From Planctomycetota bacterium (GTDB lineage Bacteria > Planctomycetota > UBA1135 > UBA2386), in contig OZ245006.1 of the NCBI GenBank assembly GCA_965223545.1, positions 4,896,001-4,960,000 of the forward strand: a DNA stretch of 64,000 nucleotides. The letters run 5' to 3'. This document shows positions 37,631 through 46,682 of the stretch, in pieces. How positions within the stretch are numbered: position 1 is the stretch's first letter; each line of letters opens with the position of its first letter. A program made the position numbers and the translations under genes. The notes under the pieces were generated by a model that made no database searches, was not told the origin of the DNA, and saw nothing but the letters and a program-made list of their open reading frames with translations.

Positions 37631-37886
37631 GGCCGGGCCCTCGTGGAGACTATTGATAGTGCAAATAATGGAGAGAGTCAAGTATCTGTGGAGATCCTCA
37701 ACGACGTCACCTTCCAGTTCCGTCTGGTGCGAGACAACCCGAGTTGTCGTGCACGAGCCGTCTACTTCGAGCAGCAACTGCGTAGCCGCAAGGACAGCCT
37801 CAAGCCACTTCGTGCTCAGCGATCGACTCGCAGGAGCCTTGCTCGCTCTCCCACCTCGGAGCTCCAGGGCCGCCCAGCCTTCTGCC

Positions 37887-38957
37887 GACTCTTCAGGAGA
37901 GCAGGCAGCGCGCTGAAGGAAGCGTCCGGTGAGTTTCGCGGATGTGCGACCGCGACCTCTACGCGACGATTCTCGGCCTCACGGCGCCTTGGAGAGTGAC
38001 TGATGTTGAGCTCGATGCAAAGCTCGAGTTGGTGGCTGTGAGCGTTGAGGCCGAAGGTCGCTCTGCGCTGGTGTGCCCGGAGTTGGCGAATCGCGCCCTG
38101 GCTACGACACGCGGCAGCGGCGTTGGCGCCACCTCGACACCTGCCAGTACCAGGCCTCCTCGTGGCTCAGGTCCCGCGCATCAACACGACCGCTGTAGCC
38201 CGGCGCCTCGGGCTAACCTGGGACGAGGTGGATGGGATCATGCAGCGCGCGGTGGCTCGCGGCCTGGCTCGACGAGAGCCGCGTGTGTTGCGCGCGGTGG
38301 GCGCCGACGAGACCTCGTTCCAGAATCGCCACGAGTATGTGACGGTCGTCACGGACCTGGACAGCTCGAACGTGGTGTATGTCGCCGACGACCGCAAGAC
38401 GAGCTCGCCCGACGGCTTCTACGCCACGTTGACACATGACTAGCTCGATGCGATCAGATCGTCGCGATGGACATGTGGAAGGGCTACATCTCGTCGACGC
38501 GCAAGCACGTGCCCGCTGCCGACGAGAAGATCTGCTTCGATCGGTTCCACGTCGCGAAGGCGCTGGGTGACGCGCTCGACATCCTGCGTCGTCTCCGTTT
38601 GAGGATAGCGCGTGCGTGGCCCATCAAAGAGGCGGCGGCCAAGCCGTGGCACTACGTGCGTCGAGGCTGGGCCGAGAAGGCGTGGAGGAAGTGGATCGGC
38701 TGGGCGATGCGCAGCCGGATCGAGCCGATCGAGCGCGCCGCCGGCACGATTCGCAACCACCTCTGGGGCATCGTGAACGCCGTCGCGCTGGCGTCATCGA
38801 CGCCACCGCCGAGTCCATCAATGCGAAGATCCAACGCGTGAAGGCGGCCGCGTGCGGGTTCCGCAACCGCGAGCGTTTCGGGGCCGCGATCATGTTCCAC
38901 CTCGGAGGCCTCGACCTCTATCCCGCCTCAGTTATCCACACGAAAGCCTGGAGCGCC
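37887..38957 (+). pseudogene. Decayed ISL3-family element (transposase pseudogene with frameshifts and internal deletions)
   Basis: ISL3 segments spread over different frames: LYATILGLTAPWRVTDV, WRHLDTCQY, VGADETSFQ, MDMWKGYI...FDRFHV, ESINAKIQRVK..ACGFRN. In-frame stop near 38441. Degenerate GGCTCTTCAGG-type ends at 37887-37897 and 38947-38957. Confidence 0.85.
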
Positions 38958-38991
38958 GCTCGGTTTTCTCGCTTCGCGCGAGGGTCTCGTC

Positions 38992-41988
38992 CTATCCGCG
39001 GAAATCGACGGCAACCCGATCGACTTGGATTTGCTGCGTGAACGTTCGATCGAACAGAATGACAAACCTGTAGGCGTTGCCGCGATCAGCGTTCAGGCTG
39101 GCCGTTGGGCCGCCGACGTATTGCCGCCAGGGTCCGATGCTGGCCGGGTCGACAACGCCGGTCGCCGGGTCGAGCGTGGCAGCTTGCACGAAGAAATGGA
39201 CACTGCCGCGGTTTGCCAGCTGACCACACGTAGGGTCGTCGCTCAGCGCGTACTTGACTCCATTCACGGTGGCGTCCACGCGATAGCGGATCCACTCCGC
39301 GACCGGAAGCGCCCGGCCAGTCCAATACCAATTGGACTGGCACGCCACCTGAACGTCGATCTCGGCCAACGTCCCGATGCTGTTTGCCGACGCCGCCGGG
39401 ATCGCGGTGCCGACGACTGAAATCGGTGGGCTGGGTTGCGGCACCTCGACTCGCACCAGTCCGGCTGCGCCATCGCCGCCTTGGATCGTGGCCAGATAGA
39501 CGATTTGGTCGTCGAACAAGCCGCCGGCGCCACCGCTCGTGTCGATCAAGCCAGCCAACGAGGCGGTGCCGCCCGTCTGAACCAGCACGCTACCACCCGA
39601 GCCGCCTCCGCCCGTGGCGACCGGGGGACTGCCGAGCGGTCCCCTCCCACCGTCGCTACCCTTGGCCTCGATCGCGCCACCGAGTGACATGCCGACCCTG
39701 TGGCCACAGCGCAAGGTGAAAGCGCCTCCGCCGCCTCCGCCGGCAGCCCCGGGTTTCCACACCGGAGGAGTGCCGCGTAGCGAGAAGTGCGGGTGTGAGC
39801 CGCCGCCTCCGCCGCCAGAGCCACCGATGACGAAGTGCTCACTTGAGAGCGTGCCTGCCGGAACCGGGTGTGCGTTGAAGGCAACTCCACCGGCACCATC
39901 GGGGCCTACTTCGCCCGAACCGCTGAACACGGCGCGCCCGTTGGCACCTGCGACATCAAACCCACCGCCACCGCCGCCCGCGGCGATCTGGCCGGAGAAC
40001 TGTCCCGCCTGGATCGCATACGTGACCGAGCTGTCCAAGCCGTCGGTGGGAAACTGGTGGGAGCCGCGTCCCCCGGTTGTCGGGGCACGTCCCACGTACG
40101 CGTGACGGGCGGGGAGGACGACGTCGGCGCCGGGCTGGCCATCGAACGCCGCGGTGTGACCCTGTCCGCTTCCCGCCCGGGCTCCGCTCCCTCCACGCGC
40201 TCCTCCCGGTCCACTCCCTCCGCCGGCTTGACCGGCCGAGGCGCCACTCGCCACCGGTACCGGTGGCGCGTTGAGCTCGACTCGGCCGTCGATCTGTGCT
40301 TGTCCCCGCACCAGAACCCGCACCGGGTTGCTACCGACGAAGCGCACCGTGATGCCAGTCGGCACGTCGAAGCGAGCGAACTCGAAGTTGCCGTCAGTGA
40401 CCGTGATGTCCTGACCGGTCAGCGTGCGGGCGCCGGGAATCGTCTGTCGATCGGTGCTCCATTCGTACACCGCGGCGCCGGGAGTGCTGCTCACCAGAGC
40501 GCCGTCCGATGGGACGAAGGCGCCCAGCAGCCCGCTTCCACCGATGGTGCCTGGCAGCGCGGCCCCGCCGATCCATGCTCCCGAAGAGGCCGCTCGGTCG
40601 AGGTTGCCCTCGTCGTCGAACTCCTCGACCAGAGTTGTCAATACGGGGTTTTTGATCACGGTCTTGACTCCGTTGGTCGTGACGACACCGGCAGGATTGG
40701 CAAGCGGTTCGAAGATCACGAGCTGATCGAACACAGCGGCACCGGCGAGGGCCGGGTTGGCAGGTACGTTTTGCGTGAGAGTGATGCGGGATCCCGTGAT
40801 CGACGCGAACGGGGTTACCAGGTCGCCGCTGACCAGAAGCGTGCAGCCGGGTGCGCCGATTGGGTCGAGCGAGAACGGCAAGGGCACGGAACCCCAGGTC
40901 TGGTCCGAGCCGCCCGCAAGCCAAGCCCCGATGCGCGGAGCCGGGAGGTTGTCGCCGATGATGGTTCGAGGTTGGCCCGGGGTCGCCGTGCTCGCTGACA
41001 GCAGGGGCCGTGGTGGCGATCCACATGCGCTGCCGAAAGTGGCAGTCGTCGAGGTGCCACTTGTCCAAGTTTCGCTCGTGGTTCCAAGAGGCGGTGCTCC
41101 GGAGAATGCCACGGCATAACCCGCGCTGAACTGGGCCATCCCCTTGCCCCGATTCCCCGCGTGTAGAGGCCACCCCGCCGCCCAGTTCGTGCCGTCCCAC
41201 TCCCAGTCGAAGAGGTTGGTCGCGCCGGTCAAGACGATCCGTTGGCGAACGGGCGAGTACGCCATCGCCAATCCCCCGACGGCTCCCGGTCCGCGCCGAG
41301 TCGGAACCATCTGCGTCCACGTGACGCCGTCCCACTCCCAGGTATCCGAGAGTACCGTGCCACCTGATTCGCCGCCATGCAGCACGACGCGGCGTCTGAT
41401 GGGGTCGTACGCCATCGCGTGGTTGTATCGCGGCGGCGGGGATTGGGCCGGAGTCTGCGGGTTCCAGGTCTCGGCCTGCCAAGTCCAGGTGTCACCCAAG
41501 GACATCCCAAGCGCAGTGTTGCCGCCAAACAGCACGAGTTCGCCGCGGCTTTGGTCCCAAGTCACGGCCGCCCGTTCGCGCTTTGGCATGACGGACGATG
41601 AGAATCGACTTGTCGTCGGTCGCCAGGCGCCCGACTTGAATACCCAAAGGTCTCCGAGAAGGCCGCTTCCGTTGCTTCCGCCAACCATGAAGACAGAAGT
41701 TGGGCTGGCCGCCATGGCGTGACGCCTGCGCGCAGCAGGCGCGGGGTTGGTCGACGGGGTCACCAGGCTCCAGTGGTTGCCATCCCAGATCCACGTGTCG
41801 GCAAGCCAACTGGTCGTGTTCGCGCCACCGAAGAGGACGCCGAACCCGAGGCCCGGGTGGCCGGCCATGGCGTAGTCGTCTCGAATCGAAGGCGCGACGG
41901 GCGTTGCCGCTGGCACCCAACGCGGTTGTGCGCTGAGTGCCGTTGAGGCTGCGGCGAGGAACAGGGCGGCAAAGAACGGCGATCGCAC
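38992..41988 (-). CDS. Secreted Kelch-repeat protein with the internal shared domain and a Gly-rich C-terminal module (paralog 1)
   Basis: Signal peptide ending LSA-Q, LFGG...DTW.WDG repeats, GAPGC.LLV...VPANPALAG...NPAGVVTTNG, GGGGGG stretches, ends VDRVAVDFRG. GTG start estimated. Confidence 0.85.
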   Translation of the reverse strand: MRSPFFAALFLAAASTALSAQPRWVPAATPVAPSIRDDYAMAGHPGLGFGVLFGGANTTSWLADTWIWDGNHWSLVTPSTNPAPAARRRHAMAASPTSVFMVGGSNGSGLLGDLWVFKSGAWRPTTSRFSSSVMPKRERAAVTWDQSRGELVLFGGNTALGMSLGDTWTWQAETWNPQTPAQSPPPRYNHAMAYDPIRRRVVLHGGESGGTVLSDTWEWDGVTWTQMVPTRRGPGAVGGLAMAYSPVRQRIVLTGATNLFDWEWDGTNWAAGWPLHAGNRGKGMAQFSAGYAVAFSGAPPLGTTSETWTSGTSTTATFGSACGSPPRPLLSASTATPGQPRTIIGDNLPAPRIGAWLAGGSDQTWGSVPLPFSLDPIGAPGCTLLVSGDLVTPFASITGSRITLTQNVPANPALAGAAVFDQLVIFEPLANPAGVVTTNGVKTVIKNPVLTTLVEEFDDEGNLDRAASSGAWIGGAALPGTIGGSGLLGAFVPSDGALVSSTPGAAVYEWSTDRQTIPGARTLTGQDITVTDGNFEFARFDVPTGITVRFVGSNPVRVLVRGQAQIDGRVELNAPPVPVASGASAGQAGGGSGPGGARGGSGARAGSGQGHTAAFDGQPGADVVLPARHAYVGRAPTTGGRGSHQFPTDGLDSSVTYAIQAGQFSGQIAAGGGGGGFDVAGANGRAVFSGSGEVGPDGAGGVAFNAHPVPAGTLSSEHFVIGGSGGGGGGSHPHFSLRGTPPVWKPGAAGGGGGGAFTLRCGHRVGMSLGGAIEAKGSDGGRGPLGSPPVATGGGGSGGSVLVQTGGTASLAGLIDTSGGAGGLFDDQIVYLATIQGGDGAAGLVRVEVPQPSPPISVVGTAIPAASANSIGTLAEIDVQVACQSNWYWTGRALPVAEWIRYRVDATVNGVKYALSDDPTCGQLANRGSVHFFVQAATLDPATGVVDPASIGPWRQYVGGPTASLNADRGNAYRFVILFDRTFTQQIQVDRVAVDFRG

Positions 41989-42097
41989 GAATGGCAAGAG
42001 GGCTCTCCTCGGCTGCGGAGCCGCGGAACTCGGGGCACCAGTCGATACGGCCGGGATGGGGCGGAGTAAACGCCTGGACCGGCTTCCTTGCTCGGTC

Positions 42098-45082
42098 CTA
42101 CCCGCGGAAGTCCACGGCAACCCGGTCGACCTGCACCTGCTGCGCAACTGCACGATCGAACAGGATGACGAACCGGTAGGCGTTGCCACCATCACTCTGC
42201 AGGCTGGCCGCCGCACCTCCGACGCGTTGCCGCCAAGGCCCCATGCTCGACGGATCGACGATCCCCGTCGCTGGGTCGATCGTCGCCGCCTGGACGAACA
42301 ATCCCACCGCCCCGCTGGCGAGGCTGCCGAGTGCCGGGTCATCGCTGAACGTGACCTGCTGCCCGTTGATGGTCGCGTCCATTCGATACCGGACCCACTC
42401 CGTGACCGGCAACGCGCGGCCGGTCCAGTACCAACTGGATTGGCACGCGACCTGGCTGTCGGTCTCGGCCAACGTGCCGACGCTGAGTAACGACCCTACC
42501 GGGATCGCTACGCCGGCGACCGAAATCGGTGGGTTGGGTTGCGGCACCTCGACTCGCGCCAGTCCGGCTGCGCCATCGCCGCCCTGGATCGTGGCCAGAT
42601 AGATGCTCCGCTCATCGAACAAGCCGCCGGTGCCACCACGCGTGTTGATCAAGCCGGCCATCGTGGCAAGCCCGCCCGTCTGCACCAGCACGCTACCGCC
42701 CGATCCGCCTCCGCCGGTTGCGTGCGGTGGCGCGGCAAGCTGGCCGCTGCCGCCGTCGCCGCCTTTGGCTTCGATCAAGCTGCCGGGGGCCATGTTGACT
42801 TCATGGCCGCAGCGCAAGACGAGCGTGCCTCCGCCGCCCCCACCGGCTGCGCCGGCGCGCCATACCGGGGGAGTGCCGAGCAACGAGAAGTGCGGGTGCG
42901 AGCCGCCGCCCCCGCCACCGGAGCCGCCGATGGCGAAGTGCTCACTGGAGAGCGAGCCCGGCGGAAGTGGATGCGGACTGAACGCCACTCCCTCGATTCC
43001 ATCGGGTCCAAGTTCGCCGGAACCGCTGAACACTGCACGCCCCCTGGTGCCGCGTGAGCCAAAACCGCCGCCCCCGCCACCCGCGGCGGTCTGGCCGCAG
43101 AACTGCGCGGCGTGGATCGCGTAGGTGACCGAGCTGTTCAGGCCGTCCGCGGGGAACTGTTGTGAGCCGCGCCCACCGGTGGTCGCGGCGCGCGCCGCGT
43201 AGGCGTGCCCGGCTGGTAGCGCGACGTCGCCGCCGGGGCGGCCGTTGAACGCAGCGGTATGGCCCAGGCCCGACCCGGCGTCGGCGCCGCTGCCGCCGCT
43301 GGCTCCACCCGGTCCACCCACTCCGCCAACCTGGCCGAGTGGGGGGGCGACCCGGCTGATCAACGGCACCGGCGGCGCGTTGAGCTCGACGCGGCCCTCG
43401 ATGTGCGCGCGCCCACGAACCGAGATGCGCGCGCGGTTGCTGCCCACGAACCGCACGGTAACTCCCGCCGCCACATCGAAGCGCGAGAAGTCGAACACCC
43501 CGTCGGTGACCGTGATGTCCCGACCGGTCAGTGTGCGGACGCCGGGAATGGTCTGTTGATCCGTGCTCCACTCGTACACCATCGCGCCCGGGATGCTGCT
43601 CACCAGCACACCGTCGCTCGGGTCGAAGGGGCCGAGTCGGCCGTTGCCGCCGATGACCCCGGGGACCGCGGCTCCACCGACCCACGATCCCGAAGAAGCC
43701 GCGCGGTCCAGGTTCGTCTCGTTGTCGAACTCTTCCACCAGACTCGTCAGGACTGGACCCTCGATCACGCTCTTGACCCCGTTGGTCGTGACGATGCCGG
43801 CCGGGTTCGCCAGTGGGTCGAAGACCACCACTTGGTCGAACACCGCGGCGCCCACTAGCGCCGGGTTGGCGGGTACCAGCTGCATGAAGGTAAGGCGGCC
43901 TCCGAGGAGGCTGTAGAACGGGGTCACCAAGTCGCCGCTCACGAGGAGCTCACAGCCTGGTGCGCCCAACGCTGTCAGCGACGCGGGCAGCGGCACCGCC
44001 CCCCACTGCTGATCCGAGCCACCCACCAACCAGACGGCGCCGCGCATGGCGGGGAAATCGTCGACAGTGACAGCCCTCGGTTGACCGAGGCGGGCGGCGC
44101 CGGCGACCAGCGTTGGTTGAGGCCCCGGTCCGCACGGGCTACCGAACAGCGTCGTCGTCGGAATACCGCTGACCCATGTGTCGCCGGTCGCGCTCGCGCT
44201 CGGCAGGCCGGCGAACAGCACGCCGTGGCTGGCGCTGATCTGGGCGATTCCCTTGCCGCGTGTCGAGGCCGTGGACGGCCAACCGGGCGCCCAGTCCGAC
44301 CCGTCCCATTCCCAGTCGAAGAGACTGCGCGTGCCGGCCAGAATGACTCTCTGCCGCGCGGGCGAGTACGTCATCACGAGCCGGCCTTGTCCGAACGGAA
44401 AGCGGGTGGATCGAACCTGCGTCCATTGGACTCCGTCCCACTCCCAGGTGTCCTGCAGCGTGAGGCCGTTGGAGTCGCCACCGAACATCACCACGCGGCG
44501 CCGCACTGGGTCGTAGGCCATAGCGTGGTCTTCCCTCGCTGCAGGAAGCGGTCCCGTGGAGTGCCGGGTCCAGGTGCCGGCTTTCCAGGTCCACGTGTCG
44601 TTTCCGACCAGGCTGCCGCCGAATCGGCCGCCGAAGAGCACCAGCTCACCGCGACGCTCGTCCCAGGCCATTGCCGACAGCTCGCGTGCGGCCGGTCCCG
44701 GCGCGGGTTGCGCGGGTTGCCAAACGCCGGCGCGAAACTCCCAGAGGTCGCCGAGCTTGCCGGTGCCGTTGCTCCCACCAAACAGAAAGACGGTTTGGTC
44801 GTTGGCTGCCATTGCATGGCTCCCGCGTGGCGTGGGGCCGACACTCGCGGTTTGGCTCCACTGGCTGCCATCCCAGATCCAGGTGTCCGCCAACCAGCCG
44901 TTGGCGTCCGCTCCGCCGAACAAGACCCCGATGCCGAGCCCGGGATGGCCCGCCATCGCGTAGTTGCCGCGAATTGGAGGTGCTACGGGCGTTGGCGCGG
45001 GCGACCACACCCACAACGGTTGGCCGGCCAGCGCCGCCGAGAACACGCTCGCAAAGAAAACGGAGAGACAGGACGGTCTCAT
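42098..45082 (-). CDS. Secreted Kelch-repeat protein with the internal shared domain and a Gly-rich C-terminal module (paralog 2)
   Basis: Colinear with paralog 1 over its whole length, with the same terminal VDRVAVDFRG. ATG 45082 (MRPSCLSVFF...LAG-Q). Confidence 0.88.
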   Translation of the reverse strand: MRPSCLSVFFASVFSAALAGQPLWVWSPAPTPVAPPIRGNYAMAGHPGLGIGVLFGGADANGWLADTWIWDGSQWSQTASVGPTPRGSHAMAANDQTVFLFGGSNGTGKLGDLWEFRAGVWQPAQPAPGPAARELSAMAWDERRGELVLFGGRFGGSLVGNDTWTWKAGTWTRHSTGPLPAAREDHAMAYDPVRRRVVMFGGDSNGLTLQDTWEWDGVQWTQVRSTRFPFGQGRLVMTYSPARQRVILAGTRSLFDWEWDGSDWAPGWPSTASTRGKGIAQISASHGVLFAGLPSASATGDTWVSGIPTTTLFGSPCGPGPQPTLVAGAARLGQPRAVTVDDFPAMRGAVWLVGGSDQQWGAVPLPASLTALGAPGCELLVSGDLVTPFYSLLGGRLTFMQLVPANPALVGAAVFDQVVVFDPLANPAGIVTTNGVKSVIEGPVLTSLVEEFDNETNLDRAASSGSWVGGAAVPGVIGGNGRLGPFDPSDGVLVSSIPGAMVYEWSTDQQTIPGVRTLTGRDITVTDGVFDFSRFDVAAGVTVRFVGSNRARISVRGRAHIEGRVELNAPPVPLISRVAPPLGQVGGVGGPGGASGGSGADAGSGLGHTAAFNGRPGGDVALPAGHAYAARAATTGGRGSQQFPADGLNSSVTYAIHAAQFCGQTAAGGGGGGFGSRGTRGRAVFSGSGELGPDGIEGVAFSPHPLPPGSLSSEHFAIGGSGGGGGGSHPHFSLLGTPPVWRAGAAGGGGGGTLVLRCGHEVNMAPGSLIEAKGGDGGSGQLAAPPHATGGGGSGGSVLVQTGGLATMAGLINTRGGTGGLFDERSIYLATIQGGDGAAGLARVEVPQPNPPISVAGVAIPVGSLLSVGTLAETDSQVACQSSWYWTGRALPVTEWVRYRMDATINGQQVTFSDDPALGSLASGAVGLFVQAATIDPATGIVDPSSMGPWRQRVGGAAASLQSDGGNAYRFVILFDRAVAQQVQVDRVAVDFRG

Positions 45083-45192
45083 AGCAGGGAACGCCCGATG
45101 GTGGGCGCCAACACAGGACTCGGGGCAAGGGTAGTATCGGCGACCGGACTTCAAGTGAACAGCCCCCCTGCTCGATCCGCCGTCGCGCGGAG

Positions 45193-46614
45193 CTAGCGCG
45201 TTCGCGTCGACTGTTCGGCTTCGGCCCAGCGCCGCCACTCGGCCATCGCGGGCTTGCCCCGTGGGCTGTACGTGTGATCCTCGGCGCCGCCGTCGTCGAA
45301 GTAGTCGTAGAAATAGGCGCCGCGCAGAAACGCCAACCCCGGCGCGACGTCGACGAAGGCGGCGAAACAGTCCGCCTGCTCGGCCGTGTCCACGTCGTCG
45401 ACGTTGAGCACGTAGTTCCAGGGATCGCGATTGATGCCGTCCTGGCTGGCGTAGCCGAGCTCGGTGAAGATCACCGGCTTGCCCAGCATCCCCACCGAGC
45501 GCTGCAGCCGGGCGCCGATCGCGCGCCAGGCCTGCCGCAGTTGGTCGCGGCTCGGATCGACGCGATGGGTCAGCGAGAAATACGCCGTCATGCCGATCAG
45601 ATCCAGCTGGGCGAAGAAGCGCGGCGCGTGCACGTGGTCCCAGTTGGCCGAGTAGGTCAGCCACCCGGTGAAGCGCCCGCGCGCGTGCGCGATGATCCGT
45701 CGCCACGCGCGCGTGCGGTGCTCGAGCGAGGAGAACTCGCTGCCCACGGACAGGATGTCGACGCCGGTGGCCTGCGCGATGTCCGCATAGTGGACGAGCA
45801 TGGCGTCGTAGCTCAGCCAGAAGCGGCCCTCGTCGCGGGGACGCAGGGTTCCGCGCCAGTCGTTGTCGCGCGGCTTCTCGAGCAGCACGATCGGCAACAG
45901 CATCACCGACATGCCCTTGCCCTTGGCGTAGCGGATCGTCTCGATCAGGCGTTCGTCGCGCACGGTGCGCTCGTGGTCGAGGCGGATGCGGTCGGCTTCG
46001 GCATCCTCGATGAACGTCGAGAGCAGGAGGCTGAGGTGGCGAAAGCCGGCATCGGCGAGCTCGTCGATGTGGCGCCGGTAGTGCTGGCGCCGCAACTTGT
46101 AGTGCAGTCCCAGGACGGCGCCGTTGAGATAGGGGATCTCCTCGGGGCGGGGCTCGGTGTCCGCGAACAGGCCGAGCCGCTCGTCCTGCGCCTCGCGCGC
46201 GGCGTCGCGCAGCGCATCGAACGCGAGCACCTCGGGTGTGCGGCAGCGAAGCAGCGCCAGCCCGCGGCGCAGCGCTTCGGCGTTGATCGAGGGCGCGTCC
46301 CTCTCCAGGTGTACGGTCGCCGTCAGCGCGACCTTGTCGTCACTCGCGTTTTCACTCTCGGGCTGCAGCCAGACGCGTTGTCCGACCAGCGCGCTGCGCA
46401 GCCAGCGGGCCAGCCGATCGCCGGCGCCGTCCGGGCGCACGGCCGAGGCCGGCAGGTCCAGGCCCTGCAGCCGGACCGCGCGGCCGTCGTCGAGAGCGAT
46501 CACCGTGGGGCTCGAGATCTCGGCGACTCCTGCGCGAAATGCCGGCTGCACGCGAGCCGTCGATGCCGCTGGCGGTTGGGCGGCCGCGGTCGCGATCAGC
46601 AAGCCGGCGGACAC
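45193..46614 (-). CDS. Secreted fusion: thermonuclease(SNase)-like domain plus GH113/GTA-like TIM-barrel glycoside hydrolase
   Basis: VRLQGLD...INAEALRRGLA...AREAQDERLGLF (SNase-like), then WRG, SVGSE, LTYSANWD, GMTAYF, PVIFTELGY, EQADCF, YSPRGKPA (GH113-like). Start moved to GTG 46614 to avoid overlap with carB. Confidence 0.75.
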   Translation of the reverse strand: MSAGLLIATAAAQPPAASTARVQPAFRAGVAEISSPTVIALDDGRAVRLQGLDLPASAVRPDGAGDRLARWLRSALVGQRVWLQPESENASDDKVALTATVHLERDAPSINAEALRRGLALLRCRTPEVLAFDALRDAAREAQDERLGLFADTEPRPEEIPYLNGAVLGLHYKLRRQHYRRHIDELADAGFRHLSLLLSTFIEDAEADRIRLDHERTVRDERLIETIRYAKGKGMSVMLLPIVLLEKPRDNDWRGTLRPRDEGRFWLSYDAMLVHYADIAQATGVDILSVGSEFSSLEHRTRAWRRIIAHARGRFTGWLTYSANWDHVHAPRFFAQLDLIGMTAYFSLTHRVDPSRDQLRQAWRAIGARLQRSVGMLGKPVIFTELGYASQDGINRDPWNYVLNVDDVDTAEQADCFAAFVDVAPGLAFLRGAYFYDYFDDGGAEDHTYSPRGKPAMAEWRRWAEAEQSTRTR

Positions 46615-46682
46615 CCAGGCACGCCTCGTTTTGTGCTCGCCACCCCGGGTCGGTTTTGCTGTAGTTCTCGCGCCCAAGTCCG

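Noticed and set aside
37640..37886. Protein-like stretch (VEILNDVTFQFRLVRDNP...) between pirin and ISL3
   Set aside because: No recognisable family or clean start. It may be a gene relic but cannot be supported.
39400..43400. Gly-rich tracts resembling PE-PGRS or collagen
   Set aside because: No PE domain and no Gly-X-Y periodicity. Treated as part of the Kelch proteins' C-terminal module.
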